Assembly (NCBI GenBank): GCA_951406725.2
Contig: OX597816.1
Span: 59,210,001-59,274,000 of the forward strand
Reading direction: 5' to 3'
Source of the DNA: Octopus vulgaris
Lineage: Eukaryota
Length of the DNA stretch: 64,000 nt
Part shown: one piece after another, positions 45,301 to 55,324 of the stretch
Position numbering within the stretch: position 1 is the first letter of the stretch
Layout of the letters: every line of letters starts with the position of its first letter
Notes under the pieces: model-generated
What the model was told of the DNA's origin: nothing
What the model saw: only the letters and a program-made list of their open reading frames with translations
Database searches by the model: none
Program-made: the position numbers and the translations under genes

Positions 45301-48300
45301 AGGAGCAGGACTAGCTGGTGCTTCATAATGTGTAACAGGTTGAGGCGTAGCTTGAGATACACTGGATTTTTTTTTTTAATCAAAAGAGAACGGCTTGTAT
45401 TGAACATTAAAAGTTTCATTTTTAAAAAATCATGTATTTTAAATTCAAATTATTTGACTTAGTGTCAAAAAATATTCCTATCATTTTTATGTTCTTAATT
45501 TGCCAACCTAAGAAAATTCATTAAAACCTTTCATTACCAACCTGCATAAAGCCTTCTATGTTACAACTTGCTGTATTAACATATTCATATTTAAAAACCA
45601 TTATTTTACAGCTACTTCTTTAACAACTACAGCCTTATTTCCACTACATCATATTTTAACCCTTTCATTACTCACCTGGTCAAAAAACTTTTTGTTGGTA
45701 TTACCAAACTGCCCAAAACCAGCCAAAATGACGAATTTATATTTTAATAAGAATTTCAGCACTAATCTTGTCAGTACATTAAATGAAAACACATGGTTTC
45801 ACAATGTAAACAATTGAGTTACACTTTCGGCCATTATTGTTCATATCTGAGTACTGCAAATTTTGGAAGAAATCCAACCCACCCCACCCCATTGATCCTC
45901 GTTGGATGAAAGATGCATAACAGTATCATGTTGTCAAGCAGTGCATTTGAATTTGAAGTATTTTCGAAAGAAAACAGAAAAAGCCTAAGAAAATATACAG
46001 TAAACATAAAAGCTACACGTGTGATTATGAATCAGATATTTCTTCTGATGAAAGTAATATGATTCTGACAACAGTTCCGATAGCAATAAAACAATAAAAA
46101 GAGAATTTGCACCTAAATATATAAAGGATTCTCCTAAGTTATTCTTAGAGAGATATTAGACCTAGTTACAGTTTTCCCCCAAAAAAAACAAAACTGGTTT
46201 TTTTTTTTACTTTTTCTTTTGAATCGATTACTGTGAAAATGAAGTGTTACACAGAAAATAAGCAAAGAGGGAAAAAAATTTGAGGTTTGCCACACACTTG
46301 GAAGAAAGGAATTCAAGCACTTTTAGGAACAGTGAGTGAGTAAGTGAGTGTGTGTGTGTTTGACTTAGAAGTATTTTTTTTCAAATTGACCTCATTCTTA
46401 TTTTTTATTACCTGTAATTTAAATTTTCCTGCAAGATGCATGACAAAGTTAGATTTATTTGGATTGGGAATCATTATTATATGAGTTTTTGTGTATTTAT
46501 TAACTCGCATGTATACAAAAATACACAGATACACTTATAATAATGTTTCCCAATCCAAATTAATCAAACTTTGTCATACACCCTACAGGATGTTTCTTTC
46601 ATTTCCTAGTTTTCTTCAAAGAAAAATTCCAGTATTTCATTGTTTTTACCTTTATACTAGTCTTATATGCATTAAGTTCAAGAATCAACAACTTAATTTT
46701 GTAATAATCCTTTCTACTAAAGGCACGAAGCCTGAAATTTGGGGGTAGGAGGCTAGTCAATTACATCGACCACAGTGCATAACTGGTACTTATTACATCG
46801 ACCCCGAAAGGATGAAAGGCAAAGTTGACCTCTGCAGAATTTGAACTAAGAGTGTCATGATGGATAAAATGCCGCTAAGCATTTTGCCTAGCATGCTAAC
46901 AATTCTGCCAGTTCACTGCCTTAGTTAATTTCTGTAATAATGAAAACCCTATATATGATAATTTTTGTAATTCCTTAATTTATATTAAATTTTGTTTTCT
47001 AATTAACCTTGTAATAAACTGTTTAAAATAGGATACTACTTTCCATCTGATATAAATTCAACAGAATAACAATTTAATATTTTTTAAAATGTTCCACAAA
47101 CCTGTAAGGAGATGAAATTGACTGATCCACACTAAACTGTCCAACAGATGTAGATTGTTGTATGTGAGGTTGAGTTTGTTGTACATGTTGCTCAGGTACT
47201 GCTGATGAGATGTGATTATTGGACAGAGGAGGAGTTGAAGGAGGAGGTGGAGGTGATGATGGCACTGCGGGTGGTAAGGGGGGTGGAGGAGGAGGAACAG
47301 ATGGAGGTGCTGGTGGCAATGGTGGTGGTGAAGGAGGTGGATGTGGAGGAGGTGGTGGTGGTGGAAGAGATGGCTGCTGTGGTGTTTGCTCGGCAGCATT
47401 TGATGTAGTAGTAAAATTGTCATCTCCTGTTGAAGATTAAAATATCAAAATTAAAATTCATGCAATAATCACAGCAAAAACATAATGTCAGATAGCATCA
47501 AGATTCAATAACATTCCATAACAGTCATTTGATGTGTATAAATATATAGCTATTTTTATCCAAAATTTATCTCATTATATTAGAAAAATTCAAAATATAT
47601 ACAACATAAATTTTTCATAGTTATCTGTAAAAAATTTTCTAAAATCTGTTTCAAAACAATTTTAAATTAAAATTCATAGCAATTCCAAAGTTACTTGAAA
47701 ATTGTAAGAAGGTTGGAAGTTTCTTTTAAAATTGTATTCTTTTTTTTAAACATTTGATTCTTTGGATGTAAAAGCCCACATGGGTAGTAGTGAGTGTACA
47801 GTCTTAAGAGACATGTTACTGAAATAAATACTGGGGTCAGTATGTTTGACTAAACGCTTTTATTGTTTATTCAATTACAACCACATCATGGACACAATCC
47901 AATAAACAGTAAAAAAAAAGTGTAGAAAGAAGTCTTCCACCAAACCATATGAGTCTGGGTTTAATCCTACTACATGGCTCCTAAGACAAGTGTCTTCTGC
48001 TAAAGCTCTGGGCAAAACAAAGCCTTGTGAATGGAAATGGTAAGGAAAATCTGAAAAAAGCTTGTTGTGCACACATGCGTGTGTGAGTCCATGTCGCTCT
48101 TGACAATGTTTGATGGCTGTAAATGATTGTCACTGTCATACAAATAGTGTCATTCATTTCCAATAATCTGCAAAAATATGTTTGGCCAAAGGGAAATATT
48201 ACCCTGCATGAAAACGTGAGGGTTGACAACAGAAAAGCCATCCAACCATAGAAAATGTGTCTCAATAAACTGTCTCACTTATGGAACCATGGAAAAGTGG

Positions 48301-48313
48301 GCATTAAAAAGCG

Positions 48314-48371
<58 letters not shown>

Positions 48372-50927
48372 CATCATCATCATCATTTAGCGTCCGTTTT
48401 CCATGCTAGCATGGGTTGGATGGTTTAACTGGGGTCTGTGAAGCCGGAAGGCTTCATCAGGCCCAGTCAGATTTGGCAGTGTTTCTACGGCTGGATGCCC
48501 TTCCTAACGCCAACCACTCCGTGAGTGTAGTGGGTGCTTTTTACGTGCCACCATATTTATATTATATATTATATATTTTTACGTGCCACCATATTTATAT
48601 AACTTGTTTCAGTCACTGGATTGTGACCATGAGGGATTTACCCAAACAAACTCATCTCAATAACTATATATCTGTAATGTTCCCTTTCTTCAACTCTCAT
48701 CACATTCCATCTATCTCTTTTTCCACCCCTACCACTCCATCTAACTCACAATTTAATAACACAACAAAATAGCTCTCCCTTTCTATCTCTCATGGTTACT
48801 GCATTCCCCACTTTGCTAAACACTCTTCTCCCTCTCTTTCTCTCTCCTTTCCTCTATCTTCAACTAACCACTTCAGTGTAATATTTCACTAGCATATTAA
48901 TATTAGAGATAATCCTGCCTTTCCATCCTATACTTACTCCTTTCACACACCCATTCTGGTCCTTCTAATGTCATCGCTATCTATTCTATACCCCTCTTCA
49001 GGCATCTGAGCAAATGTACAGAGACAGTGTAGGTTGGAAGGTACATTTGGTGCTGACTCACTGGGAACTTCAACCTCTCTAGTGTTACTACCACAAGAAA
49101 ATGCCCCCAGTACATTTCTGTGAAGTAGATGACGATTGAAAGGACAAATGACATGTGCAAGCAGCAGTCGAATAGTAAGTTCAAATAAGAAAGAACTCGG
49201 AATGTGACAGCCCACTCAACCCATGGGGAAGGGGGGGGAAAAGGAGAAGAAAAGGAAGGCAAGAAGAAATAGGAAAAAGGAGGAAAGAAGAAAAGGAGGA
49301 GAGAGTGAAGGTCATGTGGCAGTGGTGGTGTTCATCATCAAATATAACATATATCTTATAAACATTTAAATTACCTGTCGTCTGAGAAGCTTCTTGATTT
49401 CCTTCTGAACTCAACACACCCTTAAATATATCTTCTACTGTTTTACTGTCAATGTGGGCAAGACCTATAAGAATATTTAAGCACATTTTCTCAAAATTCA
49501 ATTTCCAATATGTGACCATAAACTATGTTTTCAGTCTTATCAAAGCAAAACAAAATATCCTATCTGATATCATCGCCATAAGATAATTATTTTAAAAACT
49601 TGGATATCTGCGGTAGCTGAGAGAAATTACAAATATCAAGCAACATTTCTGTTAATTATGTTTAATTATGATATATTCAAGACTTTGTCATTCTGGGATG
49701 AGGAGATATTTTACATTTAATGTGTGTTTCATTCAATCAGTGTCATCATAACACTTGTTACTAAAATCTAGCATAACCATGAAGTTTGAGTGGTTTTGCA
49801 AAACAATCACAACTTTATATATTTATTGATATTAGTGTTTGGAATACAATGAAATTCATATTGCACAACTACACTAATCACAAGTAAATCAGGTAAATAA
49901 TAGTCTAACAGCAAAAGTGAAGTTATATAAATATTTTAAAATATCTCTATGTACAAGGAGTTATTAGCCAATATATTATATAGAATCATGTTATATGGTT
50001 TCTTAAATGTCAATTATATTCACGACAAAAATACACAAATTTTGTCCAGTTTGTTTGTCACTTTTACCTCATTGACGTTTGCAAACCACTGCACCCCAAT
50101 GTTATTATACGAAATACTATGAATTAGAATAAATAAAAGTAAATGGCTGATGGTTTTTCAATCATAAGGTTGACTGACTGGATCTGGTTTCTTCCAAAAA
50201 TTTGGCAAAAGAAATAGTTGGAACTTTTCACTCCACTGTCTTTCTAGAATTCAACACTTCTGTTATTGCTGCCTAACTTATTTAAATTTTCAGAAATCAT
50301 TCAAATTCAGACTAGCTTCTGCTAAATCTGAAGCTTTAATATTTGTACATAAGGGTGGAACTTTATAAAAAACTAAGAGGGTGTATATAAAACATACTGA
50401 AAAAGGAATTCACATTATAAAAATGACTAACAATGTATAACAAGCATTTATCTAGTGAAATCACATGTTAACCTTCATGTAATGAGATTTACATAAATAT
50501 TTTGTTTAAATATTACCCAGGAATTCTTGGTGATCTGAAGCACTTATTACCTTACAAGTGCATGTAATTTTATTAATGACAGAATAAAAACAGGGATTGT
50601 GATTTTCAAAGCAAGCATGAAAACTGAAGGATATAATCAAAAACAAACAAAAAAAAAATCTTATTTCAAGATGGCATATTTCTAAAAATGCAACACCTTT
50701 TTCTTTTTTATAGGATAGAGATTATAGCAGGATGATGGAGGAGGCAGGGAGGGGCAGAAGTATTCTTAATAATTTGAAAACTATGTTACCCTCAGACAAC
50801 ATCTTGCCAACATCTAATGCAGGACTAAGTATTTGTTCTAAATTTTCAGAAATGTTATCCTTATTCTCTGAACAATTACTTGTGACTTCTGAATGAGAAT
50901 CCAAATTATCCTTTTCCATGGGAATAT
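89..50927 (-). CDS. KMT2C: Histone-lysine N-methyltransferase 2C/2D (MLL3/4, trr/Lpt-like) orthologue, central part, multi-exon, incomplete at both ends
   Basis: 15 exons with GT-AG ends and matching phases give one open frame. It includes KWETDEALGQNATISPVLYANVNYPELKSQIPEWTERVKQINKIWKKLTPIEKSPYLLRARKNRA (KMT2C/D HMG box), DLLNEDGTFDILQYADPEL and QEQPLLIQDLLEEEKKEQ, recognised from recall of KMT2C/D motifs. An invertebrate single-copy gene would be co-orthologous to KMT2C and KMT2D. Confidence 0.93.
287..2100 (-). CDS. KMT2C: KMT2C/D large S/P/Q-rich exon with FDILQYADPEL and PLLIQDLLEE motifs
   Basis: ORF 272..2122; TTTCAG acceptor, GAG|GTATGT donor; 1814 nt, phase 1 to 0. Confidence 0.95.
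2500..2905 (+). mobile_element. Old abundant tRNA-derived SINE (GCATGGCTGTGTGGTT-AGAAG family; other copies near 3530, 6610, 29405, 39735, 40380, 43195, 47910, 53105)
   Basis: Recurrent head, CTACTATAGCC..CCAAAGCCTTGTGAGTG-type core and CCATGCCAGCATGGAA-type tail. Confidence 0.75.
2919..3120. mobile_element. TTAA MITE, second family, degraded right end
   Basis: Homologous to 35003-35231. Confidence 0.75.
3931..4513 (-). CDS. KMT2C: KMT2C/D exon (EMNSEELQRAQ...EINDLL)
   Basis: ORF 3923..4510; TTTTCAG acceptor, A|GTAAGT donor; 583 nt, phase 0 to 1. Confidence 0.93.
4686..4843 (-). CDS. KMT2C: KMT2C/D exon (TENFGPGPHRNLQVHSPLSPQ...PFPDGNKMKT)
   Basis: TTCACAG acceptor, GTAAGT donor; 158 nt, phase 1 to 0, fits both neighbours. 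Confidence 0.9.
5240..6190 (+). mobile_element. Degraded mariner transposon (transposase pseudogene with right TIR)
   Basis: Frameshifted fragments KWAAEFRR..SLEDDPSSGHP, AQWMP (WVP-like), PYSLDFDPTDYHLFPNMKKYLAG (YSPDLAP.D-like). Confidence 0.88.
6348..6519 (-). CDS. KMT2C: KMT2C/D exon with LxxLL motif (AQRQLRVLLAQQSIQRQQKKQ)
   Basis: TTTTTCAG acceptor, G|GTATGG donor; 172 nt, phase 0 to 1; resembles the KMT2C RQ.LREII.QQQQ.KK motif as recalled. Confidence 0.9.
8501..8721 (-). mobile_element. piggyBac-derived MITE sharing TIRs with the 55325 element
   Basis: TTAA-CCCTTTTGTTAC ... GTAACGAAAGGG-TTAA. Confidence 0.85.
9091..9160. repeat. (GAAT)n(GAAG)n microsatellite
   Basis: Seen directly. 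Confidence 0.95.
9805..10560. mobile_element. Helentron/HINE-like non-autonomous element nested in a MITE
   Basis: Terminal hairpin TACCTCCGCCTT-TGCT-AAGGTGGAGGTA and internal microsatellite; it interrupts a MITE whose halves rejoin. Confidence 0.6.
12982..13041 (-). CDS. KMT2C: Small symmetric KMT2C/D exon (GSPRSSNNNLMGRSQLPFER)
   Basis: TTTCAG acceptor, GTAAGT donor; 60 nt, open in phase 0. Confidence 0.75.
16891..16968 (-). CDS. KMT2C: Probable cassette exon (LHHLYANRRRRHPEHGFWPIFKFPSG)
   Basis: TTTTACTCTCTAG acceptor, GGG|GTAAGT donor; 78 nt, open in phase 0, higher GC than flanks. Confidence 0.65.
21310..21850 (+). mobile_element. Tandem cluster of three SINE copies (GGTGAGCTGGCAGAAT... 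family) with (ATT)n tails
   Basis: Repeated GACTTTGCCTTTCATCCTTT..GGTCGATAAATTAAGTACCA core; also at 46705-46925 (-) and 60455-60585. Confidence 0.8.
24240..24700 (+). mobile_element. Tigger/pogo-like transposase remnant (CENP-B-type HTH)
   Basis: Broken frames give KRKHVTVTL...KYNIDTSTIY and VLLKWFNRKHSKSMSI. Confidence 0.55.
24797..25380 (+). mobile_element. Internally deleted mariner of the same family, both TIRs, TA target duplication
   Basis: TA-CAAGGGCTGGCTGAAAAGTTCATAGGCTGA ... TCAGCCTATGAACTTTTCCTCCAGCCCTCG-TA; internal sequence shared with 5240-6190. Confidence 0.88.
28100..33240. mobile_element. Field of highly degraded RTE-like LINE fragments in both orientations, mixed with SINEs
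   Basis: Remnant RT-like motifs, e.g. minus-strand FIDLEKASDKVP near 31815-31850, HLYADGLV near 28350, KAGKK near 30690. Confidence 0.55.
35003..35231. mobile_element. TTAA-flanked MITE, second family (other copies 2919-3120, 57404-57628, split copy 9640-10607)
   Basis: TTAA-ACCTTTAGCATTCA ... TGAATGCTAAAGGG-TTAA with a shared internal sequence of about 225 bp. Confidence 0.85.
36056..38748 (-). CDS. KMT2C: KMT2C/D glutamine-rich mega-exon (about 897 codons)
   Basis: ORF 36026..38644 extends upstream to a TTCATCTTCTAG acceptor; CAG|GTAGGA donor; 2693 nt, phase 1 to 0. Confidence 0.93.
38213..38287 (-). repeat. Coding CAA/CAG repeat, 25 consecutive glutamines
   Basis: 75 nt of mixed CAA/CAG codons within the mega-exon. 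Confidence 0.95.
38945..39328 (-). mobile_element. Young tRNA-derived SINE
   Basis: Head GTGGAGGCGCAATGGCCCAGTGGTTAGGG...GGTTTCGATTCCCAG with Pol III A and B boxes; CpG-rich body; flanked by microsatellites. Confidence 0.85.
40556..40874 (-). CDS. KMT2C: KMT2C/D exon (EIKRKQMEARQVAAQQ...polyP...QHQN)
   Basis: CAG acceptor, A|GTAAGT donor; 319 nt, phase 0 to 1. Confidence 0.92.
41892..41942 (-). CDS. KMT2C: KMT2C/D exon, HMG box C-terminal helix (LRARKNRASSKIQREHR)
   Basis: TTTTTAG acceptor, GTAAGC donor; 51 nt, phase 0 to 0. Confidence 0.9.
42471..42772 (+). mobile_element. RTE-type LINE 3' end plus (GAT)n-tailed repeat
   Basis: Encodes GRGRPRKTWDEVVKHDLRTLGLTEEMTRDRDLWKYAV; the tail matches minus-strand copies at 39383-39511 and 48370-48553. 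Confidence 0.8.
43681..43754 (-). CDS. KMT2C: KMT2C/D exon, HMG box (WTERVKQINKIWKKLTPIEKSPYL)
   Basis: TTTTTTAAAG acceptor, GTAAAT donor; 74 nt, phase 1 to 0; HMG-box signature. Confidence 0.93.
45147..45361 (-). CDS. KMT2C: KMT2C/D exon, HMG box N-terminal part (KWETDEALGQNATISPVLYANVNYPELK)
   Basis: CAG acceptor, G|GTGAGT donor; 215 nt, phase 2 to 1; strongly conserved motif. Confidence 0.94.
46705..46925 (-). mobile_element. SINE of the same family as 21310-21850
   Basis: Reverse-complement match including a GTTCAAATTC B box. Confidence 0.8.
47102..47426 (-). CDS. KMT2C: KMT2C/D proline-rich exon
   Basis: TCTTCAACAG acceptor, AG|GTTTGT donor; 325 nt, phase 1 to 2; polyproline tracts. 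Confidence 0.88.
48370..48553 (-). mobile_element. Retroposon 3' tail with (CAT)n
   Basis: CGTCCGTTTTCCATGCTAGCATGGGTTG shared with 39383-39511. Confidence 0.78.
49375..49464 (-). CDS. KMT2C: KMT2C/D exon (LAHIDSKTVEDIFKGVLSSEGNQEASQTT)
   Basis: CTTATAG acceptor, G|GTAATT donor; 90 nt, phase 1 to 1; resembles the KMT2C K.VEDLF..VL motif as recalled. Confidence 0.9.
50790..50927 (-). CDS. KMT2C: KMT2C/D exon (IPMEKDNLDSHSE...VGKMLSE)
   Basis: CTCAG acceptor after a pyrimidine tract, G|GTAACA donor; 138 nt, phase 1 to 1. Confidence 0.85.
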
Positions 50928-52620
50928 CTGAGTTTAAAAAAGAAAGAAAGAGTGTGTATTACTATAAAATGAACAGAATTTTATGTAAAAATAGTCAAGC
51001 TAATGAAATTTATTATATAAAATGAACATGTGTGTGTATGTGCACACACACACACATGCACAGTATTTCAATTGATATAATAATTTTATACTGACACTCA
51101 AATGAGAAAAAAATGAACATAAAATTCTTTAAAATGCCAATGTTTATGTTAACATACCAACAGGTAAATACTGCCAATATAAACAAATTGTAAGAGTTCA
51201 TTTATTAAAAAATTAGCTATATATTAACTGGGTTTTTTTCTCTATTACTTGCAATTACATATTTAAACTCAAGTGACTACTAAATTTTTTGCAATGTAAA
51301 AAAATAAACAATGAAATATATGCAAATATTCTCTTTATATAGGAGCAAGACAACAAAGAAATACTGAAAACACAAAATATATCAAGTGAGTTATCTGTGA
51401 AATAAATACATCACTATATATATATATATATATTCATAAAATAGTAATACTACTCTGTTTGAGACTGACTGATTGCATGACAAATCATCCTTTATAAAGA
51501 GCTCATATTTAAATTAAAACTTGTTGCAAATAATTTTATATATGAACCTATTAAATTATTTTCAAACCACCATCTTAGTAATGACAACTGTTTTACTAAA
51601 TCCTTCCAAATTGCTATTACCAACATTATTTGAGAAATTCAGAAAATATATTTCATTAGAAAAGTGATCATAGAGAATTTAACAAATAATTAATATAGCA
51701 AAGTGTTACATAGAAACCAAAACAAAATTTTTTTCCCTTCTTAAATATAAAAATTCTTTTCCAGTTTAAACTTCATAAATATTCATTTATTTCTGCCACA
51801 AGTCAATTTTGTTAAAAAGTACATACATCAAGTACTAAAATTGAAAGAACAATCTTTTAAAAGATGTGTATCTCTTTCTCTCTCTCACACATACACACAC
51901 CTCTGTGGAAGTGTGTGAGAAAATTTAAAATAGAGCCTGCAAGAAAAAATTCAGAACTGAAACAACATATTCAGTGTCTTTGCAAAAGTCATAAGAACAA
52001 TTGTTGTGAAATGAGAATAATCAAGTAAGTCCACTTTTCTTTGTAATAGTTCAATTTCAAAAGGATGAAAAGCAAAAATTGCCTAAGTAGGATTTGAATT
52101 CATTTTACAGGAAGAGAATAACTAGCTTAATATAAAGCATTTAATCTACCACTGCTATTTTCTGTCAACCTATTTTCTGCTATAATGCAGACTTTCAACA
52201 AAGCTAAGTAAACTGTATAAGTATTTCCACATAATTCCATGATGTCTCTTATAATCATATCCTCCATTAAATTCTAAAACACAAATTCAAAATTAACATA
52301 TATTTTGTTACAAGTCATATGTTCAATAAACTTTAACAACTTTAGGAGAACATTATCCAAATTAAAGCGTGATAAAACTATACCTATTTAAAATGATTTA
52401 CATTTTCTTGCTTGTTGCTTTAACTAAAATGTTTCTACACAATGTTTCTCCCCTCCCAACGTTTTTTCTTAACATACAGCATAGTGACCAACTATTTAGG
52501 AATATGAAATCAAACTGTCAATAAAAGTCAACTGCGGAAAATAATGCAACTCAATGTTGCAATCCATGTCTGGAAACTCAGTAGTTGAATTGATCCAATA
52601 ACCACCTTAACACAGAAAAA

Positions 52621-52661
<41 letters not shown>

Positions 52662-52838
52662 ATCACAGATTATGTGTGTGTGAACACATTATATATATAT
52701 ATATATATAAATAAAATAGTACCTCAGTTTTCTAACACCTGTGATAAATAAATCATGCTTTATTTCCTGTCTTTTTCATTTTTATTTAATACATTAGTAC
52801 CCCAGTTTACGAACGCCTCTGATTACAAATAAATTGTG

Positions 52839-52840
<2 letters not shown>

Positions 52841-52905
<65 letters not shown>
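52841..52905. repeat. Long (AT)n microsatellite (others near 15280, 17740, 19530, 48320, 52625, 53420)
   Basis: Seen directly. Confidence 0.95.
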
Positions 52906-52908
<3 letters not shown>

Positions 52909-52940
52909 TTTATTTAAAGCAGCAGAAAATTCAACAAAAC

Positions 52941-52978
52941 CTGTTACTCTGAGTTTCACGTTCCCGTTCATCGGACAG
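52941..52978 (-). ncRNA. Minimal type I hammerhead ribozyme-like motif in a Penelope-like element end
   Basis: Minus strand reads CTGT-CCGATGA-ACG(GGAA)CGT-GAA-ACTC(A)GAGT-A-ACAG: all three stems pair, GUA cleavage triplet, core has U4C. Confidence 0.65.
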
Positions 52979-53411
52979 TTTTACTCAGGTATATATATAT
53001 ATATACACATACATACATACATACATACATACATACATACAGCAAGGAAAACAGATGTACGATGTATGTACATGTGTGTGTATGTGTGTAATTTTATTTA
53101 GACAACAGGCCTCTTTCAGTTTCCACTGCTCAAGTTTACTCAACGACACTGGCCAGCCTGTGGTTATGCTAAAAGACACACGAGATGGCACATAGAATTT
53201 AGCCAGAGACTACATGGTTCTATAGTGAGCTTCTTAAGCACATTGCCTGAATGTATTTAAGTTCCACTTGACCCATACAAACATGGAAAAGTGAACTATG
53301 GTGATGATAAATGTGTGTGCGTTATATACATATATATGCAAGAAGACCACTGTAGTTTGCTTGAAGCATTGCAGTACGGGAGCAGAAGAATGAATGGAAT
53401 GAGATGTATAT

Positions 53412-53468
<57 letters not shown>

Positions 53469-53654
53469 TTGAGTTTAATCTGAGAACATAATCTTTTGTG
53501 GTGAATGGCGATTTGACGTCTATATCTAGCATGTTGACTGTCCACTTTTCGTGTTCAGTCCTTAATTGGTATATATAAATATTTTAATCTTCGGATTCTT
53601 TTTTAATATGCTAGACCACTGGTCTTAATTGATAAATATCAATTTCTACCCTTA

Positions 53655-53688
<34 letters not shown>

Positions 53689-53760
53689 AATACATACATA
53701 CACACATAAATAAATAAATAAATAAATGAATGAATATGAAAAATTATCCTGTTGGGAGAA

Positions 53761-53803
<43 letters not shown>

Positions 53804-54104
53804 CACACATAAATAAATAAATAAATAAATGAATGAATATGACACACACACACACACATTATATATAAATTATAATTGTGTGTGTCAAAAAGATTATTAA
53901 ACAGTGTAAACATATGGAGTAAACAGCTACTCTCTCATGTCACTTCTCTTAACAGTTCTAGTTATATATTATATACACACGAATAAAAATTAACCTTATG
54001 GCGGAAACACACACACACACGTTAAATATTATATATACAATATATATTTTATTTTTTTTATTTGGTTTGCATGGCTGCTGATGTGTTGAAACAAATGTTG
54101 CCAT

Positions 54105-54301
54105 GTCTTGGGACAGACTTTACACCAATAATAACACATACACAGGCTCACTTCCACTTCTTTATTGTTAGTCAACTGGTTAAAAATCTAACAAACTAAC
54201 TAAATGAATGGTTAGATACTTGGTCAATTGACTAAAAATAAAGATGTGGAACTGAGCCTGTATGTTTGTTGTTATTATTGGTGTAATGACTCTCCCAAGA
54301 C
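54105..54301. repeat. Imperfect inverted repeat of about 197 bp
   Basis: GTCTTGGGA..TTACACCAATAATAACA..CAGGCTCA.TTCCAC.TCTTTATT pairs with AATAAAGATGTGGAACTGAGCCTG..TGTTATTATTGGTGTAA..TCCCAAGAC. Confidence 0.9.
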
Positions 54302-55324
54302 TTAAAATATATTTTATCTTTTAGTCATGAAGAAAGGCAAACTCCACTATAGAGCCTCCAAGACTGGTGGGAATGTGGGAAGAGGATATGCTGACACTGG
54401 AAACCTAGCCTAAATGTTTTGAACATTGTTGACAAACCAGATGACACGTTATGTCCAATGCCAAAGGAAATTATAGAGCAATTTGAACCCTGAACCCGTA
54501 AAGAGCCAAAAATATTTTTAAATATTTAAAAAAAAATACTGCACCCTGGTAGAGTATCTAGAGCTGTCCTCTTCATTACGATACATCCTACATTTTTCTA
54601 AGATGGTAGGGTGTAATGTCAGATACATAAGGGATATTAAGCATGGTCGTCTGGACTTTAGTGCAAGTTAAAGACAGTTTGAGCAACAACTTTGAAGTTA
54701 AATCTATAGCCAACTCCTCCAATGCTGGCACCAGAAACCTTTCCACAAAAATAAAAGTCCATTGAGATACTGATTGCATAGATTGACATCTCCTTTCCTG
54801 ACCCACAACAATGGCACCTGTTCACTCTCTTCCTATTTGCTCTGTTACTTGCAACACCATCCCATTTCTAGTGATCAACTGTACTTGATCAGGATACCAC
54901 AGCCCTGCTTCCCATACAAATATTTTTTTTGACATGTAGCCATGGACATCTTCCCTTCATAACATTAAAAATCAATCACTCTGGAATACTGCTTCCCTCC
55001 TTGCATTTAAGGACTTACCCACACACACAACTTTGCACTCAAATGCACACAGTCACTGAATGTAGATGTTGATTTAAAGAAGGAAAGCTCCCAACAAGTC
55101 ATGATCTGCTAGTTGTACTTTGTAACTTGGTTTCAATCACTAAGTGAAGCCACTTTAAATCCTGTACCTGCAGGTGTACAGACAGTAGGCAGTTGCAAAA
55201 ATGGGGGGGGGGGGGGGCAAGGAAAACAGAGGGAAGTGAGTGAGAATAGTATATATACCCTGTGTGTTCCATATTTATGAATAAGTATACTGCATCCCTT
55301 AAGTCTTCACAAAAGAGGACTTAA

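Noticed and set aside
47205-47440. Gly-rich and Glu/Val-rich plus-strand ORFs
   Set aside because: Antisense frames of the polyproline exon.
48960-49010. CTGAAGAGGGG hammerhead-like start on the minus strand
   Set aside because: No matching stem II partner or GAAA core; at most a decayed Penelope-like remnant.
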